Shown here: piece by piece, positions 63,970 through 64,000 of the stretch
Numbering within the stretch: position 1 is the stretch's first letter
How the letters are laid out: each line of letters starts with the position of its first letter
Origin: an uncultured Chloroflexia bacterium
Lineage (GTDB): Bacteria > Chloroflexota > Limnocylindria > QHBO01
DNA length: 64,000 nucleotides
Assembly: GCA_963827475.1 (NCBI GenBank)
Contig: CAWHAZ010000005.1
Coordinates: forward strand, 64,001 to 128,000
Direction of reading: 5' to 3'
Notes under the pieces: model-generated
Databases searched by the model: none
The model's input: only the letters and a program-made list of their open reading frames with translations
What the model was told of the DNA's origin: nothing
Position numbers and translations under genes: made by a program

Positions 63970-64000
63970 AGATCTACACCCGCAAGGGCGACGCCGGCGA
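63966..64000 (+). CDS. 5' fragment of PduO-type cobalamin adenosyltransferase
   Basis: MKIYTRKGDAG N-terminal signature; ATGA overlap; truncated by the window end. Confidence 0.75.
   Translation, partial: MKIYTRKGDAG

Overview
High-GC bacterial chromosomal window. Gene content and many apparently leaderless genes suggest Chloroflexota or Actinobacteria (inference). Single-base frameshifts split many otherwise intact genes and are most likely long-read/assembly errors. Housekeeping and metabolic genes include holB, acylphosphatase, dGTPase-like HD protein, fabI/fabF, hmgA/hppD, a leucine-catabolism (liu-type) cluster, an ECF transporter with nucleoside hydrolase, deoD, an inositol monophosphatase, csaA, thyX, tRNA-Arg(CCG) and tRNA-Asp(GTC). 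The most striking feature is a co-oriented cluster at 22.4-27.2 kb: MFS-cNMP transporter, Crp/Fnr regulator, a 172-aa protein of six acidic 'D(D/E)D(T/V)EGH' motifs each followed by a Lys/Arg-rich core, a stand-alone GAF protein and a signal-less S8 protease. It has a CooA-type operator before the repeat gene and a perfect hairpin after it. It is flanked by an HDAC-family enzyme, a Ser/Thr kinase, an orphan OppA and a cyclase-AAA protein, and is a candidate cyclic-nucleotide-controlled multi-core peptide system. Other notable items: an Xis/BldC-like HTH fused to a biotin carboxylase with 9-bp-period repeats at its start, seven copies of a Cys-patterned lipoprotein family, an orphan promoter-to-terminator sRNA, NrdR-like and DnaA boxes before thyX, a two-copy palindromic element and two micro-proteins below the ORF-track cutoff.
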